Positions 58,656 to 64,000 of a DNA stretch of 64,000 bases are shown here, one piece after another (within the stretch, counting starts at the first letter, position 1; the number at the start of each line of letters is the position of its first letter). The translations under genes were made by a program, and so were the position numbers. The notes under the pieces are model-generated. The model made no database searches and had not been told where the DNA came from. It saw only the letters and a list, made by a program, of their open reading frames with translations. Source of the stretch: a bacterium (GTDB lineage Bacteria > Bdellovibrionota_C > UBA2361 > CALJRW01); the NCBI GenBank assembly GCA_031385045.1, contig JANNBC010000024.1, forward strand, positions 256,001 through 320,000, read 5' to 3'.

Positions 58656-59243
58656 ATGACAACTCTAATTATCTTAATTATTGCCTATCTAATTGGTTCA
58701 TTTCCCACTGGACTACTAATTGCTAAATCGCAGGGAATCGATATCACCAAAATTGGTAGTGGTAATGTTGGCGCGACTAATATTGCTCGAAGCATTAGTA
58801 AAAAAGCCGGAATAATCACTCTACTAATTGACCTAGCTAAAGGACTTCTGCCGGTACTCCTTGTTTCTAATATTAATTCAATAAACTACTTAAGTAGTTT
58901 AGTTGCGATCATGACAGTCCTCGGACATTGTTTCTCTATTCCTAAATTTCTAAAGGGTGGCAAAGGAGTGGCCACAGGTTTAGGGGCGGTTTTAGGATTA
59001 TCACCAACTATTGGTATTTTAGCACTTTTGATTTTTGCCTTAGTATTTAAGTTAAGAAAGATCGTCTCGCTGGCATCCTTAATTGCCGTTAGCCTGGTCC
59101 CCTTTCTCGGCCTAATCCTAACCTCCAACTGGAATTTTAGTACGCACCTCTTAATTATCAGCTTGGTTATTTGCTATAAACATCGTGAGAATATTCATCG
59201 ATTATTAAATGGCGAAGAGCAAGAATTTACTACAAAAGAGTAA
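58656..59243 (+). CDS. plsY: Glycerol-3-phosphate acyltransferase PlsY
   Basis: YLIGSFP, GSGNVGATN, D..KG, GH, GGKGVAT, HRENI.RL..GEE. Confidence 0.95.
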   Translation: MTTLIILIIAYLIGSFPTGLLIAKSQGIDITKIGSGNVGATNIARSISKKAGIITLLIDLAKGLLPVLLVSNINSINYLSSLVAIMTVLGHCFSIPKFLKGGKGVATGLGAVLGLSPTIGILALLIFALVFKLRKIVSLASLIAVSLVPFLGLILTSNWNFSTHLLIISLVICYKHRENIHRLLNGEEQEFTTKE

Positions 59244-59422
59244 TCTTTATTCCACCTTACATAAGAAGCTAAGTAGTTGAATTAACTAAGTAAATATCCT
59301 TAAGGGTTTTACTTATTAATCTGTGGCAGTTTATAGTGATGACAAAAAATAAATTACGTAAAAGTTAAATAGAACAATTTGTTTTTTGTCATAACTATAT
59401 GATTTTATTATCCCTCCGGGGG

Positions 59423-59478
59423 ATAGAAAGCCCCAAAAAGTAATTTACTTATGTAAATTACTTTTTGGACTCTCTATA
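59423..59478. repeat. Best-preserved copy of the long palindromic (MITE-like) family
   Basis: Perfect core CCAAAAAGTAATTTAC-TTAT-GTAAATTACTTTTTGG (59433-59468), extending to ATAGAAAG.../...ACTCTCTATA. Confidence 0.85.
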
Positions 59479-59582
59479 ATATTAATTCCCAACTAAATTA
59501 ACTAGGTGGCTCCGCTTGAATTTGACTAATTCAGCTAGATAACTTATTACTAACGACCTAAAATTACTTTACATTTTTTATT

Positions 59583-60182
59583 ATGAGTTACAGAGGCCCA
59601 AAAGTTAAATTATCCCGCAAACTTGGAATTGCACTGACAGATAAAGCTGCTGCAGTTATGAACAAACGTCCTAATCCTCCTGGACAGCACGGTGCTAAAA
59701 GAAGAAAAGCACAGTCTGAGTTTGGTAAACAGTTACTGGAAAAGCAACGTTTAAAGTTTCAATACAATATTAGCGAAAGACAGCTAAGAAAGTATTGCGA
59801 TGATGCGATTAAAAGCAAAGGTAATAGTTCTGAAGTTTTAATTAACACTTTAGAATCACGCCTAGATGCTATCATTTGCCGTGCTGGATATGCTCCAACT
59901 ATTTTCGCTGCTCGTCAGTTTGTTGTACATGGACACGTTATGGTTAATGGTAAGAAAGTTGACATCCCTTCTTTCTTAGTAAAAAGCACTGACGTTGTTG
60001 CTGTTAAAGAAAAAAGCCAACAGCTTCCACTTGTTCAAGTTGCAATTCATAAGACTATTGTCCCGCCGTATATCGAGCAAGACAAAAGTACTTATTCTTG
60101 TAAGTTGATTCGCAATGCCGAAAGACAAGAGATTCCTGTTATCTGTGAATTACAACGTGTAGTTGAATTCTATTCTAGATAA
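59583..60182 (+). CDS. rpsD: 30S ribosomal protein S4 (stand-alone, zinc-free form)
   Basis: Y.GPK.K.SR, PPGQHG, L.EKQ, LESRLD, ARQFVVHGH, VEFYSR. Confidence 0.97.
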   Translation: MSYRGPKVKLSRKLGIALTDKAAAVMNKRPNPPGQHGAKRRKAQSEFGKQLLEKQRLKFQYNISERQLRKYCDDAIKSKGNSSEVLINTLESRLDAIICRAGYAPTIFAARQFVVHGHVMVNGKKVDIPSFLVKSTDVVAVKEKSQQLPLVQVAIHKTIVPPYIEQDKSTYSCKLIRNAERQEIPVICELQRVVEFYSR

Positions 60183-60200
60183 TTTCTTAGGATAGGAAAC

Positions 60201-60245
60201 AAAAAGCCCCAAGGACAAGAGTTATCTTATCCTTGGGGCTTTTTT
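60201..60245. terminator. Bidirectional intrinsic terminator between rpsD and ilvE
   Basis: AAAAAGCCCCAAGGA...TCCTTGGGGCTTTTTT with A/T tracts on both sides, between convergent genes. Confidence 0.85.
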
Positions 60246-60265
60246 ATTGTCAAAAGAATTAAATC

Positions 60266-61312
60266 CTAGCTTTTCATCCAATCAAAACGGTCAGGGATTT
60301 TGCCATAGCGAATATCACTAAACTCCTTAGCCACTTTTGCAGAAAAACTTTCTATTGTTGCCTCTGGAAGCTGGAAGTCTTGGCCCTGGAATCCAATAGT
60401 TTTAATTGGCGCAACCACGGCAGCAGTACCTACACCAAAAGCCTCCTGCAACTTACCATCCTGAATTGCAGTGATTACCTCTTGAATTGCAACAGGACGC
60501 TCTTCGACAATCATTCCCCAACCCTTGGCCATCTGAATGATTGAATCTCTAATAACGCCCGCTAAAATAGTATCTCCCAGCTCTGGTGTAACTAACTTAC
60601 CATCAAGTAAAAACATTAGATTCATAGTGCCTGATTCCTCTACAAACTGATGAGTACTAGCGTCTGTCCAAATTAACTGATCATAGCCATCTTTCTGAGC
60701 GGCAAACATTGGATTAAGCGAGGCGGCATAATTACCGGCAGTTTTTGCAAACCCAGTACCACCTTTTGAGGCTCGACAATATTTCTCCTCAACTCGCACT
60801 TTTAATGGCTGTGAGTAATACTTACCAACAGGACAAGAGAAGATGATAAATTTGTATCTACTAGATGGTCTGATTCCAATATACTCATCAGCCGCAAACA
60901 TAAAAGGGCGAATATACAATGACATGCCTTCACCAGCAGGAACCCAAGCTTGGTCTAATTTTAATAAAGCGCTTAGCCCTTCAAAAAAAATCTCTCTTGG
61001 CAGAACAGGCATTTGCATTCGCTCTGCTGAACGATTCAATCTCTCCCAATTTTTTTCAGGTCTAAATAATTTAATCTCATCAGCAATAGTTCGATAAGCC
61101 TTCATCCCTTCAAAGATTGACTGCCCATAATGAAGAGTGGCGTTACCTGGGGTTAGACTTAGAGGGCCATAAGGATCAATTCGCAGATCCTTCCAGCCAT
61201 TATCATAATCAGCGACAAACATATGATCGGCATATACACGACCAAAGACTAAGTTTTGGAAATCAACTTCAGAAATTGAAGAAACCTTTTTTTGATTAAT
61301 CTTAATCAGCAT
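60266..61312 (-). CDS. ilvE: Branched-chain amino acid aminotransferase
   Basis: LHYGQSIFEGMKAY, LYIRP, AKTAGNYA, EESGTMN, ILAGVIR, GTAAV. Confidence 0.96.
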   Translation of the reverse strand: MLIKINQKKVSSISEVDFQNLVFGRVYADHMFVADYDNGWKDLRIDPYGPLSLTPGNATLHYGQSIFEGMKAYRTIADEIKLFRPEKNWERLNRSAERMQMPVLPREIFFEGLSALLKLDQAWVPAGEGMSLYIRPFMFAADEYIGIRPSSRYKFIIFSCPVGKYYSQPLKVRVEEKYCRASKGGTGFAKTAGNYAASLNPMFAAQKDGYDQLIWTDASTHQFVEESGTMNLMFLLDGKLVTPELGDTILAGVIRDSIIQMAKGWGMIVEERPVAIQEVITAIQDGKLQEAFGVGTAAVVAPIKTIGFQGQDFQLPEATIESFSAKVAKEFSDIRYGKIPDRFDWMKS

Positions 61313-61565
61313 GTAATGGCTATTTATAAAAATGACTTACTATATACTAGGCGACTCAAGGTGGGCCACTCGGGTATTTAGCCTTACAAAATAAGGTAAA
61401 TACTGGAAAACATAAAGATACTAAAATCCCAATGAACTAAAAATGCGCTTCTTGTCCTCCTTAGCTTTAGCAAAGGGGAAAGTATTTTGCCATGTCCCAA
61501 AAAAACTAATGGATGTTAGTATATCAAGAAGCAGAAATCGTGGAAAGTATAGCAGTGGAAAATAT

Positions 61566-62342
61566 CTAATAAAGTGAATAGCGATTAATCCGCTCCGCCT
61601 CTGCTAGTAGCGAGGCAGAGAATAGATGGCGGGCTAAAGACTGATTATGATGAGTAGGTCGGCAATCAATTAAATTCGCAACAGTTCTTAATAACAAGCC
61701 CTCTGATTCGTGTCTTATAAGATCGCTTAAGCTCTGTTTAGAGTCTCTATGACCTACGTGCTGAAAAAGTTTTATAAGAGCAGCATCTATAGTCTCATCC
61801 CCGGAGTCCAACACTAGTCCTTCAAAATCTTGGTCCGCACATCCCGCGATTAATAATTTTTTTAGCGTTTCGCCAACAATTTCCTGATATGCCCTAACAA
61901 AGAATTTACCATCTCCAGTCGCAGAGAATGAAATCTTTGTTGCCGTTAATAGGTAATCATGAAAATCTATTCCGTTCGCTTCCTTAAAACTCGCTAAGAA
62001 AGTTGCTTTTAGATCATTAGAATTGATCTTATGCACTTCCTGTTCTCGAGCAATGATCTGTACAGCAAATTCACTTTTTACCCCGGTGCTTAAATCTACA
62101 AAAGTAACAATTGGTTGGTGATTATTTTCTTTAATAGAAAAGCTAAGTGAAAGACTAACTGCTGAGGTTAAAATCAGTAATGTTTTTACATCAACATTAA
62201 ACTTGGAATTTGCAATAATACTAGACTTACAATCGCTTAATGCCTGGCATACTTCAGGCTTGCTTGGATCACGCTGCGCACTCCTAGCATCTTCAAAATT
62301 AAAAGTTCCTTGAACAACTTTTTTAGGTTGAGTAGGATACAT
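61566..62342 (-). CDS. Hypothetical protein
   Basis: 258-aa ORF; no recognised motif. Confidence 0.6.
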   Translation of the reverse strand: MYPTQPKKVVQGTFNFEDARSAQRDPSKPEVCQALSDCKSSIIANSKFNVDVKTLLILTSAVSLSLSFSIKENNHQPIVTFVDLSTGVKSEFAVQIIAREQEVHKINSNDLKATFLASFKEANGIDFHDYLLTATKISFSATGDGKFFVRAYQEIVGETLKKLLIAGCADQDFEGLVLDSGDETIDAALIKLFQHVGHRDSKQSLSDLIRHESEGLLLRTVANLIDCRPTHHNQSLARHLFSASLLAEAERINRYSLY

Positions 62343-62515
62343 AAAAGAAACTATTAATCACCTTTTAATAACGTGAATAGATCTAGATAACAGCTTACTG
62401 TCCTAATACGCTTCTAGCAATAAAAATCTTTATAATCTTGTATCAAGAAAAAGATACTATTTGCTTCCCTGGCTAGAATAAGCACTCAAAGGCATTTGAA
62501 AATATACTTTTGGGA

Positions 62516-63766
62516 TTAACCTACCGCCCGCTCCTGCCTAGCAACTAATAATGGGGTAGCCTTACCGTGAATAACTTCGGCAGTAACAACAACCTCACTG
62601 ATATTATCCATACTTGGGAGGTCAAACATTACATCAAGTAATGACTTTTCAATAATACCTCTAAGCCCCCTTGCCCCCGTTTGTTTAGAAATTGCTAACT
62701 CCGCGATAGCTTTTAGTGCCTCATCTGTAAAAGTTAGAGCAACATCATTAACATCTAGTAGCTCTTGAAATTGTTTAACTAAAGCATTCTTAGGTTCCGT
62801 TAATATCCGAATTAAGTCAGCTGCTTCTAAGTTTCTAAGTGGTGCAACAATTGGTAATCTACCTAAAAACTCGGGAATCATCCCAAATTTCATTAAGTCA
62901 TCAGTTTCCACTTCTAAAATAGCAGTTTCTGGTACAAAACTAGTTTTTCGCTCTGCTCCAAAACCTAAAGACTTAGAACCATTGCGATGAGCAATTATCT
63001 TTTCCAAACCTTCAAAGGCTCCACCAAAAATAAATAAAATATCACTAGTATCTACTTGGATAAATTCTTGTTGGGGATGCTTTCTCCCACCCTTTGGAGG
63101 GATATTGGCAATGGTTCCTTCCATCATCTTAAGCAAGGCTTGCTGCACACCTTCACCAGAAACATCTCTGGTAATTGATGGGCTATCTGATTTACGAGAA
63201 AGTTTATCAATCTCATCAACAAAGACAATTCCTTGCTGGGCTTTAGCGACATCATAGTTAGCAGACTGTAGAAGGCCAGCAACAATATTTTCAACATCTT
63301 CACCAACATAACCAGCTTCGGTCAAAGTTGTAGCATCAACAATTGCAAACGGCACATCAATAATCTTGGCAATTGTTTGTGCTAATAAAGTTTTTCCAGA
63401 ACCTGTGGGGCCAAGAATTAACACGTTTGACTTACTTAGCTCGATATCAGAATTTAGATCAAAGCTATTATTAATTCTTTTGTAGTGGTTATGAACAGCG
63501 ACAGCCAGAATCTTTTTCGCCTCCTCTTGACCAATTACATGTTGATCAAGTTTTTCTTTAATAAGTTTAGGGGAAGGGATAGAAAGTTTTTGATGCTGAC
63601 TAGCCCTTCTTTTAGTATCTTTTTTTAAAACCTGATTGCAATTTTCAACGCAAGAATTACAGATATATACCCCAGGACCAGCAATTAACTTCTTAGTAAC
63701 TTCCTGACCAGAGCCACAAAAGGAACATGTTAAATTTCCTCGGAGTGTTTTGCGATCAATTGCCAT
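62516..63766 (-). CDS. clpX: ATP-dependent Clp protease ATP-binding subunit ClpX
   Basis: CSFCG...ICNSC zinc finger, [41 protein letters not shown] loop, TGARGLR. Confidence 0.98.
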   Translation of the reverse strand: MAIDRKTLRGNLTCSFCGSGQEVTKKLIAGPGVYICNSCVENCNQVLKKDTKRRASQHQKLSIPSPKLIKEKLDQHVIGQEEAKKILAVAVHNHYKRINNSFDLNSDIELSKSNVLILGPTGSGKTLLAQTIAKIIDVPFAIVDATTLTEAGYVGEDVENIVAGLLQSANYDVAKAQQGIVFVDEIDKLSRKSDSPSITRDVSGEGVQQALLKMMEGTIANIPPKGGRKHPQQEFIQVDTSDILFIFGGAFEGLEKIIAHRNGSKSLGFGAERKTSFVPETAILEVETDDLMKFGMIPEFLGRLPIVAPLRNLEAADLIRILTEPKNALVKQFQELLDVNDVALTFTDEALKAIAELAISKQTGARGLRGIIEKSLLDVMFDLPSMDNISEVVVTAEVIHGKATPLLVARQERAVG

Positions 63767-64000
63767 AAGCTAAACCTTTCAAAAACCATTTTTTACTGAT
63801 TCAACAATTCCCAACATTAAAGGGATAACTTTGTGAATAGTAATATTAGGATGCTTTTGATTCCTAAATAGTAGCGAATAAATGATCAATAATAGAAAAG
63901 AATGATTTAAATCATTTACCTACTGACTCAAGGAGCTAAACGTGCTAGCCTAATGTATTAAAACTAATTGGTTTTTTCTAAAGAGCGGCGCTTCTAGTGC

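Noticed and set aside
2459..63309. Many 60-125 aa ORFs nested in or antisense to well-supported genes (for example 2535-2759, 11639-11902, 39431-39760, 40809-41108, 47898-48224, 56495-56872)
   Set aside because: They are shadow ORFs overlapping conserved genes and show no motifs.
1..64000. CRISPR array, tRNA, rRNA or transposase
   Set aside because: I saw no regularly spaced repeats, cloverleaf/T-loop signatures or DDE/HUH motifs by eye. A short RNA gene could have been missed.

Overview
AT-rich chromosomal window from a diderm bacterium (lnt, murJ and an OmpA-family lipoprotein are present). By eye the core genes suggest a Bdellovibrionota/'deltaproteobacterial' lineage, which I could not verify. 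Most of the window is housekeeping: glyQS, argS, a his pathway split over three loci, thrA-thrC, pdxST, mvaS, eno, ahcY, def-fmt-rpe-plsY, rpsD, ilvE and clpX. Two accessory blocks stand out. (1) 5641-13506 (minus strand) holds six genes for exported proteins. Three carry remote motif similarity to the F-type conjugative pilus proteins TraW, TraU and TrbC, in F-plasmid order. A Gly-rich lytic transglycosylase and a 709-aa orphan are inserted among them, and a Cys-rich secreted protein sits where traN would be. No relaxase, ATPase or integrase is visible, so this may be a domesticated or repurposed T4SS module. (2) 21858-30839 is an ECF sigma/zinc anti-sigma-led lipid-modification operon of the furan/cyclopropane fatty-acid type, with a DUF1365-methyltransferase fusion. 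The window also has an unannotated ribosomal protein bTHX gene (52051-52164), a three-copy palindromic MITE-like family, several REP-like hairpins, a possible catalytically dead MenA-like protein and signs of leaderless transcription. I recognised no tRNA, rRNA, CRISPR array or transposase. All family assignments are by-eye motif recognition; no searches were run.
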